From positions 23,622,001 through 23,686,000 of the forward strand of contig NC_043005.1 in NCBI RefSeq assembly GCF_006345805.1: a stretch of DNA of 64,000 nt, read 5' to 3'. Source of the DNA: Octopus sinensis. Taxonomy: Eukaryota. The notes beneath the pieces were generated by a model. It worked only from the letters and a program-made list of their open reading frames with translations. It ran no database searches and was not told the origin of the DNA. The position numbers were made by a program, and so were the translations under genes. This document shows, one piece after another, positions 40,051 to 52,275 of the stretch; position 1 is the first letter of the stretch; every line of letters starts with the position of its first letter.

Positions 40051-40350
40051 TAGTTGTTTCAGTCATTTGACTGCGGCAATGCTGGAGCACTGCCTTTAGT
40101 CGAATTAATCGGCCCCCAGGACTTATTCTTTGTAAGCCTAGTACTTATTCTGTGGGTCACTTTTGTCGAACTGTTATGTTGCGGGGACATAAATTCACCA
40201 ACATCGGTTTTCAAGCGATAAACATACGTACACACGCACATACACACACACACATATACATATACGACGGGCTTCTTTCAGTTTCCTTCTACCAAATCCA
40301 CTCACAAGGCATTGATCGACCCGAGGCTATAATAGAAGACATTTGCCAAT
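40051..40350 (-). mobile_element. SINE family A (5'-truncated)
   Basis: tttcagtcatttgactgcggcaatgctggagc..acgacgggcttctttcagtttcc. Confidence 0.78.
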
Positions 40351-41037
40351 AACTAGCCTATCGACTGTGTACATACATTGAGTATTTATATATACGTATT
40401 GGTGTGTGTTTGTGTATGTACACACACACACTCACGACGAGCTTCCACGCAGTTTCTGTCTATCAAATTCGCGGTGTGTTTTGGAACGTAACACCCGCGA
40501 TAGTCGAGGGATTACTGTATTCGTTTATTGAACGGCTATGGAAATGGGTTTAGACTCCAGCCTAATGTGTTTTAGGATTCATGATAGAGCCCAGTCAGTA
40601 TATTCATTAACCTGATGAGCAAGTCGTTATACCTGTATTAATTTATGAATTATACAACTGAATTATATCATTTATATTATATACATTAATAGAGGCATGT
40701 AAGCTAACTTATCTATTATTCTCTAAAATAAATTGTTTTTATATGACGAAAGCTGTGAAACAATTGTAGTTGTATGGGTGCCAATTGGTGAAATAATTTT
40801 TTCCATCTCATACCTCTTCTATATTTTATACACTACTAATGAAATAATCATCACTAATTGGATTTACTGGGGTTCAACTGCATCAGATTATACATTACAT
40901 CCCTTTGTTTTATTTTGGTTTACTATATGGGTTATAGCCTGGTCCATTAAAGGAGTTTTATATGAGTACTACCGGATTAGTTAAATCCCTATATTCTGAA
41001 TCGAATTCATATATATATATATATATATAATATATAT

Positions 41038-41088
<51 letters not shown>

Positions 41089-41175
41089 GCTCAAGTTTAC
41101 AGAAAACAAAAGACAAAGACGGGTGTAGGAACAACAAAGCAGGTGTATTAGTTTAACGCTCGGCAAGAATGGAAA

Positions 41176-41215
41176 AGTCTTTGACGTTTCGAGCATACGC
41201 TCTTCGATGGAAAGG
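41176..41215 (-). ncRNA. Degenerate hammerhead motif, family H1
   Basis: Minus strand CUUU CCAUCGA A GAGC-GUAU-GCUC GAA ACGU C AAAG; stems I, II and ACGU intact, CUGA part of core mutated. Confidence 0.45.
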
Positions 41216-41403
41216 ATTAAGAGAAAAAAAAAAGGAAAGAGGATGAAAAATAAACGGAGACAAAAATGTGTAGGAATTAACAGTTCATATATATATATAT
41301 ATATATATATAAAATAGTAAAAAGTAAAAGGCTTGTTTTAAAAGGTTAAAAAATATATATTTGAGTCATTATGTCCGAAGAATGTTATAAATTTTTTCAT
41401 ACA

Positions 41404-41460
<57 letters not shown>

Positions 41461-42272
41461 TATATATGTGGTCCAGCATAACTGGAGCCGCATGGCTGAA
41501 GCACAAAAGTGAATAAAAGAAATATAATGTACATATGTGTGTATATGTGGGTACATACATATAAATATCTATCAATCTCTTTCTTTCTCTCCTCCCCTCT
41601 TTACATCTAAACTTTACATTCAACTATATGTCTCCTTTCATGTCTTTCCTTCGTTCTTTTCATTGTTTTCTTCTCCCATTGTTTTTGTTTTTTTCTTTCT
41701 TCATTTCTTGTACAAACTTCCGTGTCACGCACTTCTCGCACCGCACCTATTTTAAATATTCACATTCATACACTTGCCTATACAATTTTAAATTTTCATA
41801 AACAACAATTCCCTTCAGCTATTAACATCAATTTACATTCAGACACACAGACAAACTCGCACAGTCACACCTACATATTTGGAAAAAGATATTCATTTCG
41901 ATGTAAATACGATCATACACGCATGTAAAATTTCTCTCCTTTTCTAGTACTAAACGTTCAGCTTCACATACTGTGTAAACGAAGACGATAACCCCATTTT
42001 CTGGCATTGAAACCTTTATCTTATTTTCTTACCCTTTTGCTTCCAGCTTTATATGAAAACAGCTTAACACTTAAACTAAGTGTTAAACACTATTTTCTAC
42101 ATCATTTATATTATTTACATTTGACGGATATTTGTCCTCATTTTTTTTTTTGGCTAAGACAACGTTTCGGCTGATATATATTTCTGTATGTGTGTTTATA
42201 GATAGAAAGATGCATATATACATATACATTTTTTACATTTGACGGGTATTTGTCCTCATCTTGTTTGTTGTT

Positions 42273-42320
42273 AAGACAACGTTTCGGCTGATATACCCTC
42301 CAGCCTTCATCAGGTGTCTT
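42273..42320 (-). ncRNA. Hammerhead motif, family H2 (tRNA-head element), minus copy
   Basis: AAGACAC CUGAUGA A GGCUG-GAGGGUAUAU-CAGCC GAA ACGU U^ GUCUU; intact core, perfect 5-bp stem II, ACGU palindrome. Confidence 0.65.
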
Positions 42321-42547
42321 GGTGAAATTTCGAACCTGGGTTCTCATTCCTAAGGTATTTTTCGATGTTGTTATTATTATTATTACTATCATTATTATGA
42401 TTATTATTGCCTAGAATCGAACCCGGAATCTTTGGGTTAGTAGCCTGCGCTCTTTACCATTATGCCATATGCCCGTGAGTATATGGCGTAGTGGTTAAGA
42501 GCGCGGGCTACTAATCCCAAGATTGCGAGTTCGATTCCAGGCAATGA

Positions 42548-42597
<50 letters not shown>

Positions 42598-42642
42598 TCG
42601 AAAAATACCTTAGGAATGAGAACCCAGGTTCGAAATTTCACC

Positions 42643-42690
42643 AAGACTCCTGATGAAGGCTGGAGGGTATATAAGCTGAAACGTTGTGTT
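42643..42690 (+). ncRNA. Hammerhead motif, family H2, plus copy
   Basis: AAGACUC CUGAUGA A GGCU..AGCU GAA ACGU U^ GUGUU; intact core, slightly weakened stems. Confidence 0.6.
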
Positions 42691-42789
42691 AACAACAAAC
42701 GAGATGAGGACAAATATCCGTCAATTGTAAATAATGTAAAGAATGTACATAATTCCTCATCTCTTAAATATAGAAGTGTATTATTTTCT

Positions 42790-42980
42790 ACTATAGGCAC
42801 AAGGTCAGAAATTTTTGGGGAAAGGGTTAGTTGATTACGTCGAGATCCAATTGGTACTTATTTAATCGACCCTAAAAGGATAAAAAAAAAAGCTCGCCTT
42901 GGTGAAATTTGAACTCAGAACATAAAACCAATAGAAGTACCGCTAACCATTTTGTCTGGCGTGCTAACAATTCTGCCAGC
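42790..42980 (-). mobile_element. SINE family B (degenerate)
   Basis: ggtacttatttaatcgaccc..tttgaactcagaac..aattctgccagc. Confidence 0.65.
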
Positions 42981-43425
42981 CATCGATCTTACATAAATCA
43001 ATCGTTATTAAAGAAATTATACAAGTACTATATATTTATTCCACGTAAGTCCGAGAGCCATTAAATGGAAAAATTACAAGTAACATGTAACTGCCACCTT
43101 TGAAAATAAAGAATATACTTATTAGCCCTTTAACTGTTGTGTTCTGTATCACGTAATGTTTAACTATTGTATAACGTACATCCATATATATTAAACCTCT
43201 ATATATTACAATATTTGTAGCATATAACGATTATGTTTTCTGATAAAAACCGGTTTGCTTAATTGTTTCTTTCTTTTCTCAAATACCTAAGATAACAATT
43301 CGATAACATGTATATCAGATCGATAAATAAGTTGCAGACAAAAATATGTTTTGGTTTTGATATAATCAATTAAAACACCCTTGTAGATGTATCCCAGCTC
43401 GGTCATAGTCAAAAGACAAAATCTG

Positions 43426-43514
<89 letters not shown>

Positions 43515-43675
43515 ATATCTTTAATGTTTATTTTCATGTCGAGTTATAATAGAAACCGACTGAAGTCCGATGAAGGCCATCAAGCCGATTCTTCGATGTC
43601 ACTGTCATGACACCTCTTGTAAAAATGATATAATGTATCCCTTTGTGTCTTTGTTTATTTATCTGTCTGTCTCTT

Positions 43676-43757
<82 letters not shown>

Positions 43758-43849
43758 GTAAATAAAAAAAATAAAGAACAAACACAAAAAAACAACAACG
43801 CAAGGATGTGTAAAGTATTAGCGGACGCTGAGGGAAGGAAAGAAAGGCG

Positions 43850-43884
43850 GTCTTATGTTTCGAGCAAAGCTCTTCTTCAGAAAC
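43850..43884 (-). ncRNA. Hammerhead motif, family H1
   Basis: Minus strand GUUU CUGAAGA A GAGC-UUU-GCUC GAA ACAU A^ AGAC; core intact, stem I GUUU/AGAC, helix III palindrome broken (ACAU). Confidence 0.55.
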
Positions 43885-44051
43885 AGAAGCAAGTCCAATA
43901 GAAAAAGAAAACGGAGGAAAACAATGGCCAACAATTCACATGTGCTTACATTTTGAAATATATATTTAAATATATATATATGTACATTATGTACATATGT
44001 ATGCACGTATACATGTGTGTGTGTTTATATACATTCGTTTGTTTGTTTGTT

Positions 44052-44091
<40 letters not shown>

Positions 44092-44899
44092 TGTGTGTGC
44101 GCGTGTGCATGCGTGTGTGTGATAAATATTGCCGATGTACCATGATTGCTTACTGGTATCAATGAATTTGGACAGCGGTTTTCAGCAAACTTTCGAAGCA
44201 GTTGCAAAAGTAAAAGAGAAGATGATTGCGCGCTGGAAGCTGAATTCAATAAATCATTGTATGATATTTTTCAATAAAGAAATAAATTACAGGATTTTGA
44301 ACTGTTTGTGAATGGGGTAACTCTGTTCAAGTTAAGTCATGTGATGTCTTTTCAAAGAAAGCACATGACTTAAGTATGCTTTTCCATAAGACATTTTTGC
44401 GTTTCTAAAGCAACAGTGCGCAACATAACAGTTGCTTAGAAAATAGCAAGAGTTTTCTATTCATTGTCTGTGTTGAGCAGTTTGTTGCATAATATTTTTA
44501 TGTTGATTTTAAATTGCATCATTTTGAACTGTTACTGAATGGAATAATTTTGCTGTTCAAAATAGAATGAGTGATGTCGATAAACTTTCGTTTAACTTCA
44601 TTTTCCAGATGTGCTCCGAGAGCAATGTAGTATTTTTCTGATGGTGTTTTAAATATCACATAGTGCTAACATGTATTGCAAAATCGCCTTTACGTGGAAC
44701 TGCTCGCATACTGCGTTAAATTTCTGTCTGTCTGTGGTCCTTGAGACTTGACAGAAAGTACAGGAAGTACAAACTCTCGATAGACACAATATTTTCAATC
44801 AACAACATCATGATATTGGATATTGTGCGACGTCTTCAATAATAACAATAATAATAATGATGATGATGATGATGATGATGATAATAATAATAATAATAA

Positions 44900-45122
44900 T
44901 AATCCTTTCTACTAAAGGTACAAGGCCTGAAATTTGGTGGGAGGGGACAAGTCGATTACATCGACCCCAGCGTTTCATTGGTACTTATTTTATCGACCCC
45001 CCAAAGGATGAAAGGCAAAATCGACCTCGGCAGAATTTGAACTCACAACGTAGCGATGGTTGAAATACCGCTAAATATTTCCTCCAGCGTGCCAACGATT
45101 CTGCCAGCTCACCGCCTTTTTC

Positions 45123-45172
<50 letters not shown>

Positions 45173-45173
45173 T

Positions 45174-45245
<72 letters not shown>

Positions 45246-45635
45246 TTCAAATTTTGCCACAATGGCAGCCATTTTTTAAGGGAGGGGATGTGTCGATTAC
45301 ATCGATCCCAGTGTTTCACTGGTACTTTCAACCAAAAGATTGAAAGGCAAAATCGACTATGGCGGAATTTGAATGCAGGAACGCAGCGACGAGCAAAATG
45401 CCTATTTCTTTACTACTCACAAGGGGCTAAACACAGAGAGGACAAACAAGAATAGACAAACGGATTACGTCGATTATATCGACCCCAGTGCGTAACTGGT
45501 TCTTATTTAATCGATCCCGAAAAAATGAAATAGCAAAGTCGACCTCGGCGGAATTTGAACTCAGAACGTAACGGCAGACGAAATACCTCTAAGCATTTCG
45601 CCCGGCGTGCTAACGATTCTACCAGCTCGCCGCCG
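44900..45635 (-). mobile_element. Three tandem SINE family B copies separated in part by (AAT)n
   Basis: Family B body at ~44905-45120, ~45255-45395 and ~45400-45633. Confidence 0.8.
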
Positions 45636-45640
45636 TAATG

Positions 45641-45732
<92 letters not shown>

Positions 45733-45734
<2 letters not shown>

Positions 45735-46280
45735 CCCTGATGCAGTACCAGGAAGTGGCTCTCGTGGCTTCTGATCTTAACTGATTGGAAGTGTTATCAT
45801 GTACATTGTTTTGTTTTGGTATAAAAGATGGGCTACAGCAAATATTCTGCTCAATACCACAGATTTGCTTGTCAGTTGTTTGACCATAACCAGTTGAGTA
45901 TGTTTCTTTGTGGCTGACGATATGTGCATCTCTGACCACGAGCAGAAGTAGTGTGGGAGCACCATAGCCATGTGTTGAGAGAGATTCTTTGGGGTTTGAA
46001 TAATTCACCTCTGGAAACATGGGTGTTTTGTCCTTAAACAACCCTTATTCAGGGACTTTTGGAGCGGGATGGACTACTCAACCAGAAGAAAATTCTAACT
46101 TGGCCCCACCTGCAAGGTCATGCGCTGTTAATCTTGATATGAGATCACCATGTCGCGCACATATGGTTGTGATACATGTGCCTAGTGTACCCTTATCAGA
46201 CGAGTAGTCATGATGGGTATACTGGGCTTTGTATATTTTACCCCAGTGTCACTTTAATGTCATGCACTGCTCTTTCACTC

Positions 46281-46315
<35 letters not shown>

Positions 46316-46575
46316 TAAAAAGCCTTGGTATAAAGGATGGGCTACAACAAATATTCTGCTCAATACCACAGATTTTCTTGTCAGTTGCTTGACCATAACC
46401 AGTTGAGCATGTCCCTTAGTGGCTGACGATATGTGCATCTCTGATCATGAGCAGAAGTTGTGGGAGAGCATCATAGCCATGTGTTGAGAGGGATTCTTTG
46501 GGGTTTGAATAATTCACCTCTGGAAAGATGGGTGTTTCGTTCAACACTTTGATGGCATGCACTGCTCTTTCACTC

Positions 46576-46576
<1 letters not shown>
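45733..46576 (+). repeat. Unclassified (AAT)n-tailed interspersed repeat, two tandem units; third partial copy at 34703-35015
   Basis: Shared blocks gatgggctacagcaaatattctgctcaataccacag and ttggggtttgaataattcacctctggaaacatggg, each unit ending gcactgctctttcactc(aat)n. Confidence 0.8.
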
Positions 46577-46633
<57 letters not shown>

Positions 46634-47167
46634 TTAATAATGATAATATAATAACTTCCCTCAGATACACCACCACAACAACACGTGCGTGAAAATGTAA
46701 ACACATAGATTGCAATATTTCTATACGAAAACTGCAAATTTGAGTAAAATATTGGATTTAATACACATCAATAATAATTCTGAATACGAAAGAAACGTCA
46801 ACACATGTCAATATGTCAATGAACGTTGTTCTGTCAAAAAGTAAATACTGTAAAAACGAAACCATTGCAAAACCAGCCAAAGAACAATGGACTAGAACAG
46901 ATTGAATTGCTTCTTTTTTATTCAAAGAAGCGCTGTCAGCGGCCACTGGTAGTAGTAAACACATTTGACCTCTGCTGAACCGAAGGGGTGCGAAGACCCT
47001 TTTGTCTGTATGGCTGACCTCTCCACCAGCTGGCGAATCTATTTATAGACCTGTAGAATATGATCTATTCACCAATCTGATGCCCAACTACAATGGTAGT
47101 GGTGGTGATGGTGATAATGAAAAAAAAAATAGTGATAATATGCTGCAGCTGCTGATACTAAATACTA

Positions 47168-47510
47168 CTAGGGTAAAGACCCCTTTCGGTCATGACTGAC
47201 CATGGGTTTGCACCTAGAGAGTTACCCTCTGAGGCACAAGTCTGGGCAAGGTTTTTTTTATGGAAGACCAGTAGTCGCCCATGCACACCGGCCTCCCCTC
47301 TCCACGCCACCAGTGTTATCCAAGGGAAAGACAAAGGCCGATACAGCTTGGCACCTGTGACGTCGCAACTCATTTCTACAGCTGAGTGAACTGGAGCAAC
47401 GTGAAATAAAGTGTCTTGCTCAAAAACACAAGCACGCAGCCCGGTCCGGGATTCGAGCTCACAACCTCACGATCGTAAGCTCGACGCTCTAACCACTGAG
47501 CCATGCGCCT
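47168..47510 (-). mobile_element. tRNA(Arg)-like SINE family C, full length
   Basis: Minus strand ggcgcatggctcagtggttagagcgtcgagcttacgatcgtgaggttgtgagctcgaatccc head (ACG in anticodon-like loop), then ttgagcaagacactttatttcacgttgctccag domain and 3' tail ending gtctttaccct. Confidence 0.8.
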
Positions 47511-47799
47511 TCTACTACACTAATACTACAACTACTACTATTATGATAACAAGGGAATCTGAGGCCCAACTACCACCCTTAACACTACCCCATCCCTGCT
47601 ACTGTTGCAGTTGCTGTTGCTGCAACCACTGCTACTACTACCCATAAAAACAATAACACCAGTGATATCAGTGATAATAATAATAATAATAATGAAAGGA
47701 AACGGGTGGAGTCTACTTATGGGCTAATAATGATACATCTAGTGATGGTGCCACAATAAAAACACTGGTAATTGCGCAACCTGATAATCGCTACCTCAT

Positions 47800-49221
47800 A
47801 TGAGGACAATGAAAAAACAAAATATTGTGAATAACGGTGGGAACGAAACTGGAGCCAATGATGGTGACAGTGGTACACCCGGTAGGCTCAGAGATTCTGG
47901 TCCGGTTCCAGCCTGTCGATATCCAGAGAGGGACCACCACACACAGCGTAAATGGAGCAAACAAATTAATGCTATGCACGCCAGGAAAGAGATTAGTAAA
48001 AATCAGAGTTGGGCGGATACCACCAATGATTGAGCCTGAGTGGGTGATAGTGGGAATTTTTGGCGAAAGACTGCAGGAGGAAAACTCAGAACTGGAGATT
48101 CAGTTAGTGAGCAAGATCGAATGCTGGAATTTTTGGGGATTTGGTTTAGAAATTGTCGGAACTATAACCCCAGAGTATTATGAGAAAGTGCCAGAAGCAA
48201 TAGAGCTGCGAACGGGAGAGAGGTTGGAGATAATACTGACAGGAAGACCACCCAAATGTTACAAATGCAGCAAGAGAGGACATGAAATAAAAAATTGTAT
48301 GGAGGAGTTATTAAGATACGCTGATATAGCTTTTATGACACATAAAGAAAAACTGGCAGAGACAAAAAGCAGGAAAAGAGAAAGAAAGAAGTCTCCGACA
48401 ACAACAGAAGTAAAGAGGAGTAAAGGAATGGAGGAGGAAATGCAACAAAGAACAGAAAATGTTGAGGAACCATCAACAGAGATACCAGAAGGAGAGGTGG
48501 AATTACAGAGCAACGAGGAGGTTGAACGAAAGTGCCAAGAGTCGCATGATAAAGATACACAGAAGGAGGATGAGGAAGTACATTCGGATGAATGCACAGA
48601 CAAGCAAGTATGCAAAAGCATACCGGCGAAAGAACTACATCGGAGAGAAGTACTGGAACAGCATGGAAATGGAAAAAAGGAAGAAACTGGGAGGAAAACA
48701 AAAACAAGAAGTAAGACATAGTGAGATAGGATGAAGAACGGTAAGTATATAAAATTGTGGAAAAAAACTACGACTGAACGAAAGCACATGGACATTGTAA
48801 ATTATTGAAAACAAAAAGAAGAAATAATGAATTGATGAACAAACAAGTATTTAAAATGTTTTTGTTGAAAAAAAAGGACACATATGAACGTTTATTTTAA
48901 AGGCGGGAAACGAAAGGAAAGGTCACGGTTTCGCATTATAGCAAAACTAGAGGTGGTTTTAAGTTTAATTGAAAAGTGTATTTGTAAAGTTAATTGTAAA
49001 GTTAATCATAAAGTGTGTTTCTAAAGTTTAATTGTTTAGTTTAATCGTAAAGTGTAATTGTAAAGTGTAATTGTAAAGGTATTCACGTTTCGTCTCGCAG
49101 CGGGGGCGAGATGGCCGTCTCATTTGCATCATATTTATGTTCATTTCATTATCATTTTCCATTCGTTTTTATGTCCCCGCATGTCAGTTGATCAGGCCTT
49201 GTGCCTGTAATAAAGAGAAAA
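47800..49221 (+). mobile_element. L1/Tx1-like ORF1 (gag-like zinc knuckle) followed directly by a 3' UTR, no ORF2
   Basis: ORF 47837..48721: KIRVGRIPP..., CYKCSKRGHEIKNC (CX2CX4HX4C), charged low-complexity tail; then ~500 nt non-coding with aattgtaaagt-like repeats ending gtgcctgtaataaagagaaa. Confidence 0.75.
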
Positions 49222-49790
49222 GCTGGTGATTACCACTGGGTGTTGGTTGTGATTTCTTCGATGTGAGTTCAAATTGTTACACACTGATATTGTATGTTTG
49301 TTGTAGGTTTCCCCGCGCGGGTGAACCAGGATTCGTTGGATTGTGTAAATTATTGAATTTCAGTCACTGTTTCGTTTGCACCTGTATAATCCCCGTCTAC
49401 GGGAGGAGGGAAGAAAGATGGATAATAGACAAAGTTATGCAGCGGCAACGACACAAGGAATAATACCAACACCCTAGAAGTGCAGGAAATAGAAATGGAC
49501 ATAAGGAAGAGAAAGGAAGTAAGAAAATAAAAAAAAGGAGGGAACCAGTCTAAAGCTGACTCCCCCAGAAGAACTGATAGAAAGCATAGAGAAGAAGACG
49601 GTAGTATACAGAACGTTGTCTACGTCCTCGAACAAGATAGAAGTAGCCCCAACAGAAGAAATAGAGGAATGCCTCGAAAATGTGAAAACATCGACCACGT
49701 TCTATACACGTGGAAAGAAGTATGGCTCAGTGGAAGTAAGGTTTGGCAACGAAGAAGATGCCATAAACCACTCCATAGAATCCACCATAT
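49222..49790 (+). mobile_element. 5' UTR + ORF1 N-terminus of a related L1/Tx1-like element
   Basis: MDNRQSYAAA start near 49418; later frame ..FYTRGKKYGSVEVRFGNEEDAINHSIES (RRM-like); truncated at the adjacent Tc1 fragment. Confidence 0.55.
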
Positions 49791-50620
49791 TTTTTCAGTT
49801 CTTCATCATGGTACCAAGCTTTAATAACAACACTGATTAGCTTCTGCATAGTCGAAAAGTCGTCTTTTTCGATTCTACATTTGATTATAGCCCATAGGTC
49901 TTCATTAGTGGGTGGGTGGTGTCAAAATTTCCAGGCCAATCGAGGACGCTTATTTCACTTTCTTTGAAGAGTGTGCGCATTTTTCTGGAAGTATGACGCA
50001 GAACGGGATCCTACTGGAAAATACTGTTTCCATTAGGAAAATCCCTTTGCATCGCGGGAGGCAAGTGAGCCTGTAGGATCGCCTTGTATTTATCGTTATT
50101 CATCATTCCCTCGACAATAATAAGCCGCCCTAGACCTTCAGCAGTAAAACGACCCCAAAACAATACCTTAGGTACGTGTTTTGAAGCGTGTTGAATGTAT
50201 CCTGGCCTCTGAGGCTCACCTTTGCTTCGTCTCACTACCACTGACCTGTAGCCATGCACTTCAAAATGCCATTCAGCCGAATATATCACCTTTCCCCAAT
50301 CTTCTGCCTTCCATCCAGCATGATCGCGTGCCCAGAGTAGACGTTTTCTCTTCATAACAGCAGTCAATAGATACATACTGGCTTTCTGGCAGGTTTGCCA
50401 GCTTCAAGAGCTTTCACCGGACAGTTGAAGATGAAACATTTACACCCTCTGAAGCCAGTTTTTACTGTTTTTCCTTGGATCCTTTACGCTATTGCTGATC
50501 AAATCCTTACCATAGTAAGGTGTTGTCTTGCGTCGTCTTCCAAACCTTCCTCGGCGCAGTGTTGCTTGTACACCACTATCTCAGCTCTGTTCAGTTGACT
50601 TTGCCTCATTCATATTTTCA
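49790..50620 (-). mobile_element. Tc1-family transposase fragment
   Basis: ORF 50011..50376: RKRLLWARDH..W..EDWGKVIYS.E..F, VLFWG.F...G.G.L..V.G.MN..KY..IL; continues past a stop to RHTS..VLDWPGN. Confidence 0.85.
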
Positions 50621-51390
50621 GCAATTTGATACTAAAATCAGCCATTTTTGCTTGTAGCTACAATACATGCACGTTTCTTAGGGGTGATATCCATCATGAA
50701 TTTAAAGGTTAATAATGAACGCACGCAGGAACAACAACACAGAACAAGCTCTAGTGTAGTACTGAAGGAAATGCTAGAGCGAAGCCACAACTGATTAGAT
50801 GCCACATGTCGTCACTACACTTATTCTGAACGAAAATCAACAAAAACTTCAATAGTTTAGTCACAGATTACGACGTATGAAAAAGTCACGAAAGTTGATC
50901 CTGTCCGGAAAAATTTGCACACTACTGTCTTTCTGACTGTCAGTCTGCCTGCCTGCCTGCCTGTCTGTCTGTTTGTCTATCTGTATATCTGTCTGTCTGT
51001 CTGTCTGTCTGTCTGTCCAAATAAGTAAGTATAAACCCCATTAATACACAAAACAGTGAAATGAAAGCGTAGTTTCATATTTTTGGTTATAACCTGTATG
51101 CAAATAATTGTTTGCTACTGTTTGTTGGTTAGCTTATCTGAGATTTTCAAAACATCAGATCGCTGTGAGTTCACACCTGTTTTGTCATTTTCACTTTGTG
51201 GACACAAGAAAAATATTCGTCATATGTAATATTTGTATTTTGCCGGACATACTTTTCTTTAAGTAAACATTTCCGAAGGCTAAGGTGTGGTGGTAAGTGG
51301 TTTGAGAATAAATATAAAGAATAATTAAGGACAATCCCGCGAAAACACACAGTTTGCCAAAACCTATTGTACGCAAGGTCACGAATTAAC

Positions 51391-51475
51391 ATGGCTGCAG
51401 CTCGCGATTATTTGCAATTATTCGCTTATCTTTTGATATTTACGTCATGCTGTGGTATGCTGAAAGCAAGCAGTG
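51391..51475 (+). CDS. Putative first coding exon (signal peptide) of a second secreted/membrane-protein gene
   Basis: ATG 51391: MAAARDYLQLFAYLLIFTSCCGMLKASS + G, then consensus donor gtaagt at 51476; 85 nt, phase 1; TATAAA-like sequence at 51313. No downstream exon recognised inside the window. Confidence 0.6.
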
Positions 51476-51627
51476 GTAAGTACAAGCATTTTTACTTTTG
51501 TTCTTCTCTTCCCTACTACCGTTTGACTCCTTTGAGTTTATTAGGAATACACACACATATACACATATCTATGGAGACACACATATGTAGACATACACAT
51601 ATATAAAATAATAATAATAATAATAAC

Positions 51628-51668
<41 letters not shown>

Positions 51669-51885
51669 TGATGATGGCCGCAGTCAAGATGACTGAAACA
51701 AAAAATAAATGAATTATATACATGTATGTATGTATGTATGTATGTATGTATGTATGTATGTATGTATGTATGTATGTCATTGTTCAGTTTTATTTCAAGA
51801 TTTCAAGATTTCTTAGATCCAAGGCACCTTCATTGAAATTTCACATCAAAAATAGGGTATTTTTGTATGTATCTACGTATATATT

Positions 51886-52066
51886 TCGAGCGTGGGCTAC
51901 TAACCCCAAGATTCCGAGTTCGATTCCAAGCAGTTGCCTGAATAATAATAATAATAATTATAATAATAATAATAATGATAATAACAATAATAATAATAAA
52001 ACATACCCAAGGCACACAGAGCTGCGCTCGGTAGTGAAGTGAAAACACGCTATAAAAATAAAACTA

Positions 52067-52115
<49 letters not shown>

Positions 52116-52275
52116 TAATAATAATAATAACAACATCGAAAAATACATTAGGAATGAGAACCCAAGAAATTTCCCCAAGACACCCGATAAAGGCTGGAGA
52201 GCATATCAGCCGAAACGTTGTGTTAACAACAAACAAGATGAGGACAAATACCCGTCAAATGTAAATAATGTATAT
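51886..52275 (+). mobile_element. Third tRNA-head/(AAT)n/hammerhead element (5'-truncated head, ~70-nt extra segment inside the AAT tract)
   Basis: gagcgtgggctactaaccccaagattccgagttcgattcc then (AAT)n then acaacatcgaaaaatac...cgaaacgttgtgttaacaac...ggacaaatacccgtcaaatgtaaataatgta, matching 42476-42740. Confidence 0.7.
52177..52224 (+). ncRNA. Degenerate hammerhead motif, family H2, third copy
   Basis: GACAC CCGAUAA A GGCUG..CAGCC GAA ACGU U GUGUU; stem I GACAC/GUGUU and stem II intact, core doubly mutated. Confidence 0.45.

Larger units (their letters stand above)
42121..42740. mobile_element. Head-to-head pair of tRNA-head/(AAT)n/hammerhead elements forming a long inverted repeat
   Basis: tRNA-like heads at ~42409-42474 (-) and ~42476-42551 (+) with A-box TGGCGTAGTGGTT and B-box GTTCGATTCC; each followed by (AAT)n and the ~150-nt H2 module; extra partial H2 3' half at 42121-42180. 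Confidence 0.7.

Noticed and set aside
40733-40984. Hydrophobic ORF with faint resemblance to a cytochrome b C-terminus (possible NUMT) or, on the minus strand, to a PLE RT segment
   Set aside because: Neither reading gives a continuous frame with diagnostic motifs; needs BLAST against mtDNA and PLE proteins.
42476-42551. Functional tRNA gene
   Set aside because: A/B boxes and an anticodon-like arm are present but no acceptor stem closes; it runs into (AAT)n and recurs with the H2 module, so it is treated as a SINE head.
44857-46640. CRISPR-like repeat-spacer array suggested by recurring blocks between AAT tracts
   Set aside because: Blocks are SINE and interspersed-repeat copies of variable length in a eukaryotic context; no constant short repeat with unique spacers, no cas genes.
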